A stretch of 59,707 nt of DNA, the filler included, from Sphacelaria rigidula (Eukaryota): assembly GCA_964200075.2 (NCBI GenBank). It is 8 parts of 8 records of this genome, joined end to end, with 100 filler letters (N's around TTAATTAATTAA, not from the genome) between each part and the next. Parts side by side here need not be neighbours in the genome. Positions count along the whole stretch, not along the records: positions 44,859 to 52,233 come from CAXNAA020015197.1; positions 52,334 to 59,707 come from CAXNAA020015198.1; 6 more parts are not named here. One strand, written 5' to 3'. The notes beneath the pieces were generated by a model that saw only the letters and a program-made list of their open reading frames with translations, made no database searches and was not told the DNA's origin. Shown one piece after another: positions 49,164-59,707 of the stretch. How positions within the stretch are numbered: the first letter of the stretch is position 1; every line of letters starts with the position of its first letter. A program made the position numbers and the translations under genes.

Positions 49164-52100
49164 CAGCTCTGTCGCGTGGTCTTATGAATGAGAAGTAACC
49201 TTTCGCGGTAGCACAAGTGGTAATACATCCGAGGGTTTTGCTGTCAGTTGCAGAAAAAAGCGACGTGGAAAAACAAGATATGGTCGCACATCAACGAGAA
49301 GAACAGAACCTACCGGCACCTACTGAAATTACGCTCCACATAAGCTGGTCGCCACGACTACAACTCCAGTGTCCAAGGTAATTCAAGCGAGTGGGACTCC
49401 CTCACCAATACGGCAGTATGGATCCGAAGTACATATCGCATTGAAAGTACATGAGAGATGAATTAAACAAGACAAGCTTGGATGCATAATACCAAGTCGT
49501 GATTTACCGGACATGATTCATGCAGTATGACGCAATTCAGGCATCACAGAACACCCGCCGATGTTTTGGGAAGTTGCTCTACACTGGCAGGATACCTGAC
49601 AACGTTGGAGGATATCATATACACCCACAAGGTTAGGGGAAATTGTCCTGAACTCGAAGATGCCTGACCATGTTGCGAACTACTTGCCTAATTATATCCT
49701 GTTGTATTTCACCGCCACATAATAAAAATATAAAGGGAATGTCTTTTATTCTCAATAGCTGTACAAGCGACCGTCGAAAGCAAGTTAGATCAACTTTGAT
49801 ACCGAACTTGGCATGTGCACACACGAAAAATACAAAGTGGGTCAAGTTGATTTTTTTCAATTTGTTTCACTGGTTTAGGGCGTTCTATCATAGTAAAGAC
49901 CATATTTCACGAGAACGCCTTAACATATATGAAAAAAAAAATAGAAGGCCTATATTTTATTATTCGGCTCTCTTTTGTGGTTCTCTACACCAAAACTCGT
50001 CGCCATCCGCTAAATGCATCAATCGGGAGTTTCATAGAGATTTTAGTATTGGCGCTATCACTCTCAGGTATAGGAATTACTAGACATGGGGTTTAATCAT
50101 CGAGAAAATATGGGCCCAAACTTCTGAGCAGATGGACACCTTCCCCCTGATTAGACGATGAATACGATATGCGGATCACGGTCCAGCTCGTCTGTGTCGA
50201 TGAGATATTGCTTTTAGAGCTTAAATCCGTTTTTAGGCTGGCCCCGCTCGCATGTTTCTGCCGAGTCACATTACACGCGCACATATGCTCCTATGCATGG
50301 GTATCTTCATCTCTCTTGTTATATCGAGTACCGTGGAAACCAACAGAAATGTATGGTTCTAGTTTCCACTTCAACCACAGGTGAGTTCATATGTCAGGTT
50401 ACCTGATGTTTACCTTAGTCGCTTCTACGTCATACATTTCGGCTCGTAAAGTCTACATGGTGTGCATGGTAGTACATGCTTGTGGTCGCCAGGGTCAGAG
50501 TGTCATGCCAGGAAAGCGCCAGAAGTTGAGCGGAGCGAGAGACGGCTGGGAGACACAACGAGGCTTTTACTGCAGTGCAGCGCATTGCACATATGTTGGA
50601 TGAGTATATCACGACTCTACGCGATTAGTGCAAACATTCTGAATGACGCCGACATGACCATGGTCGTCACCGTGAACATCCTTTCCTTTATAGGCCTTCT
50701 GGAAACCGGCAGCGCCTGACAAGAAGACGGGATTCTACGAATGATGGATGGAGTTTTGGGGGGGGAATGGACAAGGTCAAAAATTGGAACGGAAAGTGCA
50801 GAAACGATTCTTTGGGAATACTGTTTCTTCGCTTGTCGGATAGTCGCTCGAGGTTTCGGCAGGCGTTCAGCGGCGGCGGCCGCGGGGGCAGGGGCGCGAG
50901 CCTATGCCAGGCCGCGAAAGCAACCACCATGGTAGGTGTTAACTGTAAGATATGGGGAGCCTGAGACCACGTCGAGGTAGTCCTTCAAAACTGTCTCTGG
51001 GAGGACATCGTTTGTATTTGCGATCCGATCGGATCGCACAAATGCAAAACGTCCGTTGCATCCGTGTAACAACTGTTTTCAATGGTGAACGCAGATTCTG
51101 CTTCACATTCATTTCTTTTCCATTGTAACTCGCCCATTGGATCTGTGCGGGACGTTGTGGGGCCCACGTAAACTAGTGGAGGTTCTGCAATCACGCATGT
51201 ACATAAAAAGCAACATAAAATACTATTATGTTCGATGTTCGGATGGATTGAGATCCAACGTGCAACTACCAATCCGCTTGCAAAACATGGCGGTCCGTGC
51301 GGATACGTCGAAAAAGTTCTTGCATTTCGGGGTAAAACGTTTGACCTTGTCCATCTCCCAAAGAAAATCCATCCGCCATTTGTAAAACCCCGTGTTCGAG
51401 GGTAAAATATTCGAAACGCACTGATATCTGACCACACGTTGGGGAAACGTGCTCTAGACTATCAGAATATCACCATTGCTGGACGTATCATAAGGCCTAT
51501 TGAGGTGTCATCCAGCCTGTGTCGAACACACATCCTACGGTAAAGATGTACTCCCTTTGATCGCGAATATCAGGAAGGTAAGGACAACACGCAGTCTAAC
51601 TCGGGCCCAGGATAGTATTTTTGCGAACCGTTATTTTTTTGCGGTTTCTGCGTGTTCATTTTGAACAACTAGAACCGGTGCTTTCAAGTTTTCCTCCAAA
51701 AAGGGTTCTCCTACCCCAGCAGAAGTAGCTCGAAATCACCACCCCGTCCCATCGTGTGATGAGGCATGCTTGCTGCTGTGAGTGCAGTCCAAGGGCTAAA
51801 GCGCAACAATTTCAACAATTCTGGGCAAGACGACGTGATTCTTGCTGGCAGCTGAGTATTGGGGTTAGGGTTAGGGCTAGGCAACCAGGGGGTGATAACG
51901 AATCATCCCTACCCCTTCGGATTTTGTTTTCCCTTCCATCATCTGGTCGTATGTATCAAGCTCATCCGACGTCCAACGATGCCTACATGACTTCTTTTGA
52001 ATTACTCCCTCTGATCCCAAATGTAGGGTAGGTTGGGAAACTCAGAATATAAGGTCGGTTTCTACAATATCGGCCAAAGGAGGTCATATGGCCTTTGTCG

Positions 52101-52233
52101 TAGGCCGGACACGGTTGATACATGATCAGATATCAACTTTGACAACAACAACAAAACTGTAGGGGGAGGGGGTGTACTCATGATCATGCGTGCCATAGTC
52201 ATCAGACCATTGACCTCGCATCCCTACAATGCC

Positions 52234-52333
52234 NNNNNNNNNNNNNNNNNNNNNNNNNNNNNNNNNNNNNNNNNNNNTTAATTAATTAANNNNNNNNNNN
52301 NNNNNNNNNNNNNNNNNNNNNNNNNNNNNNNNN
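52234..52333. other. Artificial contig linker
   Basis: N44-TTAATTAATTAA-N44. Confidence 0.99.
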
Positions 52334-52393
52334 GGCGATAGGGGGGGTGTGGTGTTTTGTTTTTTGTTTGCTTATGGGGCGCGCGGCGCGCCG

Positions 52394-52439
<46 letters not shown>

Positions 52440-52579
52440 CGTACTGATACAGCGGGAGCAGCCAAGGCACAACTAAGGACAGCGCGTGTGTCGCGATTGG
52501 GAGCAAGTAGTGCACAAGTTAATACAGACACACACCACACACACATATGTACATACACACACACAAGAGCACAGCGTAC

Positions 52580-52748
52580 CACACGCTGGACAATGACAAT
52601 ATATTACATTCTCAAAAAAGTATACTGTGTAGAGTTTCGACTATTGCGTATATTGCAATAGAAAAAAAATATATATATATATATATATTCCATGTCGTAC
52701 ACAGTACATTTTTTTACAATGTAATATATTGCCATTATCCAGGGTGTG
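52580..52748. mobile_element. Hairpin MITE, CACACCCTGGA-terminus family
   Basis: CACACGCTGGACAATGACAATATATTACATT...AATGTAATATATTGCCATTATCCAGGGTGTG. Confidence 0.8.
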
Positions 52749-53142
52749 CATGTGCACAATAAAATAACTTCTAGATCAATACTGGCACGAATAGTAGTAG
52801 TGATGCGGGCGTGTGCAGGTCACAGTAAACGTGTCGTCGGTTCAGACCTGACAGCACCTTCGAAAGGGCAACCACCGACGTTGAATCAACGGAGTGATGC
52901 CACAACTTTGCAGTGGAGTGTGACCGTTTAGAAGTCCCGCACCCCTTTCAAATACAACGCACAATTACTTCGTTGTACACCAGTGCTTGAAGCATGAAGA
53001 TACGTCTCACCTTTCGTTCGGAACACGCACAAGCAAAGCAGCCTGAACAAACTCTACGACGGGATCGCAGGTTACTGTGTCATCATCTGGTCAGTGGGTG
53101 ATTTTTGGGCGTTCTCGCTCAGGGTGCGAGGAGGATACGTAC

Positions 53143-53256
53143 CTCAGCGATGGCATACGGGTGAGGAGACTCGGGGTCCAGAGGCTTGTCCATGAACATG
53201 CTAACGTCCGGATTATCGCCGATTCGCAAAGGATTCACCGAGATCAGCACGTTCCC
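53143..53256 (-). CDS. Myosin motor domain, internal exon
   Basis: CAG/GTACGT, phase 0-0. GNVLISVNPLRIGDNPDVSMFMDKPLDPESPHPYAIAE carries the myosin G.IL.AVNP and PH.(F/Y)AIA motifs. Confidence 0.9.
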
Positions 53257-54081
53257 CTGCATCGAGAACAAAACATGACAACAGTACCGTAGGCACATCT
53301 TTTTTAGATGAGGATTAAGGATTGCACCTTCACATTTTATCAAGACTGTGTTGTGAGTGTGTGTGTGTGTGTGTTGTCATCCCATCTATTCTGAACAACA
53401 GTCTACACCTTTCGGTATATGTGGGCGCATCTGCCGGGATCACAGAGGTGGAAGGTCAACACAGGATTCTTTATTTTTTAATTGTTTTACCGTCCCTCCC
53501 CCCTCCTTCCTTCTGTGGTGCATGCCTCTCTTTTTTTCTTTTATCGCGAGAAGGGTTCGTCGGTCCCTTTCCTCTTCGACCGTGAGACCAAAGTCAGTGA
53601 AGGCCAACGGTTCTTTCTGCGTTAGTGCCCTTTCAATTTTCGATTATATATTGCAAGAAGGATAACGAGGGATAGAAGTGCTGCGGTCGAAGGTATGATA
53701 GAAGAAATGCACACACACGAGCTGGTATAATGAACCAGGGAGGCAACCTTCACCATTAGCGGCGCGTAGTACCTTACAACGCCATGACTGGCACGTGCAT
53801 GTTGACCGACGATATTTCCGCTTTTCAAGTATTCGGGGTGGGATTCCGTCGAACAAAAATGCACCGAACGTCCGCCCTTTCAGACTTTATTCCGAGCAGT
53901 AAGCAATCTTCACCCGTCTGCGTGTTACCCAACCCTGGGGTATATAATTAAAACGCGACGTTGGGAATGCTCGAGGCACATCAACCTGCGCATGTACCCT
54001 TCACGACTTTTGCTTATTCAGCCATCCCGCAGTACACAATGTTGCTCAGCCGGCTACCCGTGACAACATAATAATCCTCAC

Positions 54082-54219
54082 CATAAACGTGTACGGCCGC
54101 TGGTTCTCGACCTTGGCCCGCTCCCTCAGGTTGTGAAGTATCCCCGGCTCGTGGATATGGTGAAGGGCTGTCATGTCTGGCGCAATCTTCGCGTTGTGCG
54201 GATGCGTGTCGCTAAAACC
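54082..54219 (-). CDS. Myosin motor domain, internal exon (start of head)
   Basis: CAG/GTGAG, phase 0 out. GFSDTHPHNAKIAPDMTALHHIHEPGILHNLRERAKVENQRPYTFM carries the DM..L..LHEP..LHNL..R...YT motif. Confidence 0.9.
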
Positions 54220-55008
54220 CTGACAAACAAGACAAATATATATATATAGATATAGATATATGTATGTACGCCTTTTCTTCAGCGAGTGTTTCAGTTTTGT
54301 TTTTCTTGGGTACGTACGTCTACCATGAGACCATGGCTGGATCATGACTACCTGGGGGGTCCGTTAAAGTGCGACAACCAATGACTGAATCAATCAAAAA
54401 TACATGTGCATACATAGACATCGACTGACTGATCACTTGTACAGGATATATATATATATATATATACATGGTAACAAAATCATCGACTTTACAGTGTAGG
54501 GTAGTCCGTCCACACGCATACCTCAACAACGGAACAACTGTCGACGTATCTCCCCACTGCATGCGACTCACGCTCTGGGCGTCTGGCAGTATCAATGCGA
54601 GGGTGACTCCCGCTTCTTCTTTTTTTGGGGGGGGGGGATTTTTGTGCCTGTCGGTGCTATTAGAGGGAACCAAATCGAGGAAATCAATGCTACGCTGTCG
54701 TAGGAATAATTTTTATTTCTTCGTTTTTCATTATTAGTCGCACTTTGAACCCCTCCCGTTCCTCGGGACGAGTCCGCGGTCTACTAGTCTCAAGGGATCA
54801 ACCCGCCTCTCTCCGGTACACGCCTTGCATTTTGGTCTCGCGGATTGGGTCATGACTATCAGCACTCCCGTACCTCGTCATACAATGAGCAACTACTTCG
54901 TACGTAGTCTAAGGAGTTCTGCCCCTTCGAAGATATCCACTTATTATCATTTATGTACATGCAACGGTGGACGTTAGGTAACTTCTTTTTCTATCGAATT
55001 AGTCAATG

Positions 55009-55184
55009 TCCAGTACATCGGACGAACAAGATGGTTGTGCATCGCCTCCTTTATCACCTAGAAAGTTATCACACCAGCCAAATTTTCGTACTTGTTCCAG
55101 TACATCGAACGAACAAGATGGTCGTGCATCGCCTCCTTTATCATCTAGAAAGTTGTCACACCAGCCAAATTTTCGTACTTGTTC
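55009..55184 (+). repeat. 87-bp tandem duplication
   Basis: TCCAGTACATCG...AATTTTCGTACTTGT twice, few mismatches. Confidence 0.9.
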
Positions 55185-55884
55185 ATCTTCTTAAAGTGGA
55201 TAAAGATCCGGTAAGAAAATCATGAATGATACCGCAATCATCGCAAGGAGGTCAAGGACTGCCATTAAGTGCTTGCGGCTATTCATCTACGGTACGTTGT
55301 GGCAGCAGAGCAAACAATCTCGAGATGACACAAATCCATCCCGGCCCAGGCAACGCCTCTCTATGTAAGAGACAATGACAAAGCTGGCACGGGCAGGGGC
55401 AGGTTGATGGTGAGGTATCGTGAAGCATCGGCAACCCAGGTACCCACCGACACTTGGTGTTTCAGGGAATCAACACCCCGAGTACTCTGGGATGCTCGAT
55501 AATTTCTGCGGTCGATACCTCCCGGTGGCTGGAATACCCAGTAATGCAAATACCCTGAAGCCCAGGGTGCCTGGATACGATGCCCTGCCCTTACCATCTT
55601 TTGACCGGAAATGGGTGGGGATGCAAGGTATATTGTACTGAAATAGTAATGTATCATGGGCCATATTGAAACAACGATAATCCTAGCTCGATATTTCACT
55701 TCATGTTAGAGTGTGCTGCAGATCGATCTTTCTCACCACCGCGGGAATCGAGCAAATGCTTGTGACGTACGTCCAATACCACGTTTGCCCATTGCACAGG
55801 TGTAGCCTCTGGCTAGTGCCTAGGGGCATGGCTTCGTGCGCATATTTGCGAGTGGATAGCCAAGAGAAGCAGAGACGGCAACAG

Positions 55885-56638
55885 TTATGGGTCGGAATGG
55901 GAATCCTAACGACCAAAAATACCCGCTACAAAGAAAAGAATAAAAAAACGCGGAGGAATAATGAACACGCCATCGGGTGGTCACCTCTGCCGAGCACAAC
56001 ACGAACAGAACATTCCTCATTAACTTGGTTTAGTGTGCGACAGCTGTATCACTTTTGATCGCGCGGTTCTCGATACAGGAAGCAAGTCGGCCAACGGCAC
56101 TTCACAGCCCCCCGCATACACACAACAGCTACGTCAAGACATGACCCTCTTCGCTGAATTCACCACAGCGGACCCCAAAGCCCCGAAAGCTGAAAAACAC
56201 CATATTTTCGAATATCTGGGTTTGCTTGCGGCTTCGTATAACGCGCGTACGCAATAGAGTCACGTCTCGACCTGGATTCGGTGTGTGGGAAGTGCACGCA
56301 AGAAACCGCAGTTCAATCCTCCGAGACAGCCGCGTTGAAAGATCGGCACAACAACATACTGCAACAAAAGGGGCACAACAACATGGCAGCAGCTTTTATC
56401 CTCCGGTTGTTGTGTCCCTGTGTACAGGTGTACAACAACTTGAGTGACAGGGTGTTGTTGAACGTACTATAATGATGGTATACATTTTGAATGAGCGTAG
56501 TCGTTATTTCGAGGTGACGCGTGTACTTGTGGTTGTTACTGGTTGGCTCATGTAGGCCTCATATCTTCCGCGAGTAGTGGTCGGTGCTAACTTTCCCGAA
56601 ATATAGTACCCCAAATCGGCCTTCATTCCGACCCCAAA
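55885..56638 (-). mobile_element. Short (754 bp) derivative of the CAG-TSD TIR element
   Basis: CAG|TTATGGGTCGGAATGG ... GGCCTTCATTCCGACCCCAAA|CAG; subterminal homology to both ends of 9781-11737. Confidence 0.75.
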
Positions 56639-56702
56639 CAGTGCCGTGAAGTGCAGCACAAACAGCGCACTGTGGTGTGGAGTGGGTGAGTCACTGGTAC
56701 AG

Positions 56703-59407
56703 TGATGGGTAGGAATGGGGGCCCCTACGACCTAAAATCTACACCAACTCTAAAATAAAAAATAACGCGGAGAAATAATAAACATGTCAGGCCGCTTCTT
56801 ATAACAGACAAAAATAAACCCCTGAAAAAGTGATATTTTGGAATTTTTACATCGTTTTAAGCCAAAAGAGAGAGCTAGGCGGACTTTGACACCTTGGAAT
56901 GCTTTGCTCTACTCGTTGAGGGGGTTCCAGAACATTTCCTCGTTCTCCGGTGGCCGTAGTTTTTATTTTCGCCGACCAAGAATTTAGTCCAAGAACGGTC
57001 GAAAACGCTCGAATGCTTCGCCGACCAAGAATTTTAGTCCAAGAAATGCTTCATCACTTATTAAGTTGGTTTACTCTGGGAAACCTGTAGCTCTGAAGAT
57101 CGTGCGGTTCTTGACACAGGAAGCAAGCCAGCCCACGGCACTTGACAGCCCCCCGCATACACACAAGATCCAGGAAAACTGGCTTAACATCTTGCTGGCG
57201 TCGCGTCAGCGGCCCGGAAATCCCCCCCCCTGAGCGCAAAACACCTCATCATAGTATATTTGTTTTTTTGCGATTTAGTATCACGCGCAAACGCAAAATG
57301 TAACTAGGTGACCTAGCTTGGGTGTGAGAGAAGCGCACGCAAGAAACCGCAGTCCAATCTTCTGCTTCGTTGCCGAGTTCTAAGCGTTGCGCGATCGGCA
57401 CTTTTGGGTCGAGGATCAGTAGCATCTTTCGAGGGCGAAGATGGCAAATTAAAGAAAATCGGTGCGTATATTTTTTCTCTTGCCGCAAGCAAGCTGTGAC
57501 GACATGCAGTTTGGTTGCATGCCACCAGGCGCTGCTTTGTTCTGTACGGCTGTGCACAAAGGGCAATTTCGCCTTTCAACAGTGAGTATCCTTTCAAGTG
57601 TCGAATTACAGAGGGAGAGTTCACAGAAGAGAGACAAAGCTCGCGGCTGCTTTGTGTCAGGGCTCCAGTACAGAAGCCAGGGCGTCGAGAGCGATTGTAG
57701 CATGTGCCCTGCCTTGCATCTGCTGGCGACTGTGGTCATGTATGTAGTAACTGCCTGTATATACTATAAACAATATAAGAGACGTAAACTACGCGACGTT
57801 CGACAAGCTTCGTTCTGGGCTGCGTGTTTTTTTTTCTTGCGGTGAGCAGTGTGTGACGGCATTTCACTTTGTGGCGTGCCACCAGGTGCTGCTTCGTTCT
57901 GTATGGCTGTGCACAAGGGACAAATTCGCCTTTCAACCGCGAGTATCCTCCCTGTATTGAGTCGCAGAGGGCAAGGTCACACATGAACTTCAGCTGTTGT
58001 GTCTGAGGGTTCCAGCGGAGAAGCTAAGGCGCGAAGAGCGATCTTTCTTTTAGACTACGCACTATGTATGCACAGGTCGGCAGAGCCACGATGTTTCAAG
58101 TGGCTGCCTGTACGAGTACATACTGCAAAAAAATGTAAACCATGCGATTTGCGCCAACTTGCATCTTCAACCAAATATGATTTTTTGGCACCACTCAATG
58201 TCATAATATTCGCGGTCCGCCATGTGCTGCTCTGTTCTGTGGGGATGTGCACCAAGGACAAACTCGCGTATCATGAGCGAATTCCCTTTTATCCCTTGAC
58301 TTGTAGAGGACGAGTTTACAGAGGAAATACGGCTGTCTTGTGGCAGACGGTTTNNNNNNNNNNAGACGGTTTCGAGGCAGAACCCAAGGCGTCTAGAACG
58401 ATTTTTATTTTCGATGACGCACTGGCCATGTATGACCGGGTCGGCAGAGCAATGATGTTTCACGTGACTGCCTGTACATATTGCAAAGAATATGTAAGCC
58501 ATGCGACTTGAGCCAACTTGCTGTTCAAACGGGACACTACACGGGCGGGAAGGAGCACAGTCGGTGAATAAACAATTCATCTCGCTTGAGCAGCGTCGCC
58601 CCCTCCCATATCACCGTCCATCCCGTCTCTGCCGGCCTCACAATTGTTTTTTGACACGTTTGTCCAACTTTGTCCCTTACGAGATTTCGAAATTAGGGGA
58701 AAATTGACGTTGAATATCTTGATCTGGACAGAGCGTACCAGACCATGCCCGAGCGACGAACAAGATGGGATCCCTTCCACTCATGTCATGACCCTGACCC
58801 CATGGGGCCTATGAAAAATCCACTCTCCAATCCCGCAATCACAGCTATGTGTAGGACATGCGGCGCGCAGCTAATCCGCGCAGCGTGACCCTCTTGATCG
58901 TCGACATCATCAACATCGTCCTCAGTAGTTTTCACATGCGCGACGCTGCTGCTCATGGTCTCCAAATGTCCATACTTTCTCTTTCTAGCACTACAGTATG
59001 TCAGGCACGCCTTTCGCTGCAGTTACGTTGGTGTGTGGCGGTTGCCGCTGTTCGTGTTCTTGTCTCCTCATCTTCGCAATGACGGTAAATCTGGGGTGGC
59101 AGCTCGGGGGCGTGTGCTTCCCGAGTGGTACAGATAGAAGCAGGACCCAGTGTAACAAGAGTTTCCACCTACTGATGTGGAGCGAGCTATCCGGAGGAAC
59201 AATATCACCTCAACACCGACCACTCCCAGGCTTGAATACTATAAATATATTTCATTTCATATGAGCCAGATCGTTGTTTGTAGGTGACGCGTATGTTTTC
59301 CATTGATATGATTCGTTGGATTACGGACCACTTCTGACGCATATAGCGTTCAGCTTGCACTTTCCAGGAATATAGTACCTGAAATCGGCCCTCATTCCCA
59401 CCCATGA
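56703..59407 (-). mobile_element. Long (2.7 kb) copy of the CAG-TSD TIR element with a nested Tourist-like fragment (~56790-57050)
   Basis: CAG|TGATGGGTAGGAATGGGGGCC ... GGCCCTCATTCCCACCCATGA|CAG; collinear with 9781-11737 reversed; three internal ~370-bp units. Confidence 0.85.
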
Positions 59408-59707
59408 CAGTAGAGTACAGTGTAGTACTTATACTGTATGCTGTGACCGACTGACTCGCACAAATGCTTTATGTGAAAAGAGCAACGATAACAATAACAC
59501 CCAACTGCCTGCGGCGTGACAGCACGGCACTGGGAGAGCCATGCACAACAGGGCGACATGTTTTCCCCACAAGGCAGTCATGACCAGCAAGTGCGGAACA
59601 ACTCAACAGAAGCAGGAAAAATGAGAGGGGGGGGGGGGGGGGGGACATCTTCCGTTGCTCCCTTTAGTCGTTTGCCCGTGGCCCGGCCCCCCCTTTCGGT
59701 CCGGACC

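Noticed and set aside
48389-49187. Several repetitive ORFs in other frames and on the + strand
   Set aside because: Shadows of the 114-nt EsV-1-7 repeats.
49630-51580. Scattered ORF fragments and donor-like sites upstream of the EsV-1-7 gene
   Set aside because: I could not assemble a phase-consistent gene or recognise any domain; they may be decayed coding sequence.
44859-52233. Integrated phaeovirus genome segment
   Set aside because: Only one virus-related domain gene is present and the flanks are not gene-dense; EsV-1-7 genes are a host-expanded family.
55006-55194. 87-bp (29-codon) duplication as a coding repeat
   Set aside because: No supporting splice context or protein similarity; it lies on the opposite strand to the myosin gene.

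Overview
This is eukaryotic, repeat-rich DNA, most likely from a brown alga (Phaeophyceae). The assignment rests on an EsV-1-7 repeat gene, short GT-AG exons in kb-long introns and TTAGGG tracts. It is not one locus. Eight unrelated contigs of 7377-7374 bp, sorted by decreasing length, are joined by 100-nt artificial linkers (N44-TTAATTAATTAA-N44), so nothing can be inferred from adjacency across linkers. Supported genes: the last three coding exons of a CYRI/FAM49-like gene (contig 1, -); a probable first exon of a Popeye-like membrane protein (contig 4, +); the last two exons of dihydroxy-acid dehydratase (contig 5, -); two exons of a PhoD-like phosphatase (contig 6, +); an uninterrupted 484-aa EsV-1-7 repeat protein (contig 7, -); and two myosin motor-domain exons (contig 8, -). 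The rest is largely MITEs, non-autonomous DNA transposons, dispersed repeats and minisatellites. The best leads are (1) the EsV-1-7 protein, whose near-identical 38-aa Cys/His repeats vary mostly in one short loop and are followed by NLS/SUMO-like motifs, (2) a three-copy TIR element with CAG target duplications and a hAT-like CxxH relic, and (3) an unclassified element with a relic ORF shared by contigs 1 and 3. All protein family calls come from motif recognition by eye; no searches were run. No multi-gene novel system is demonstrable here.
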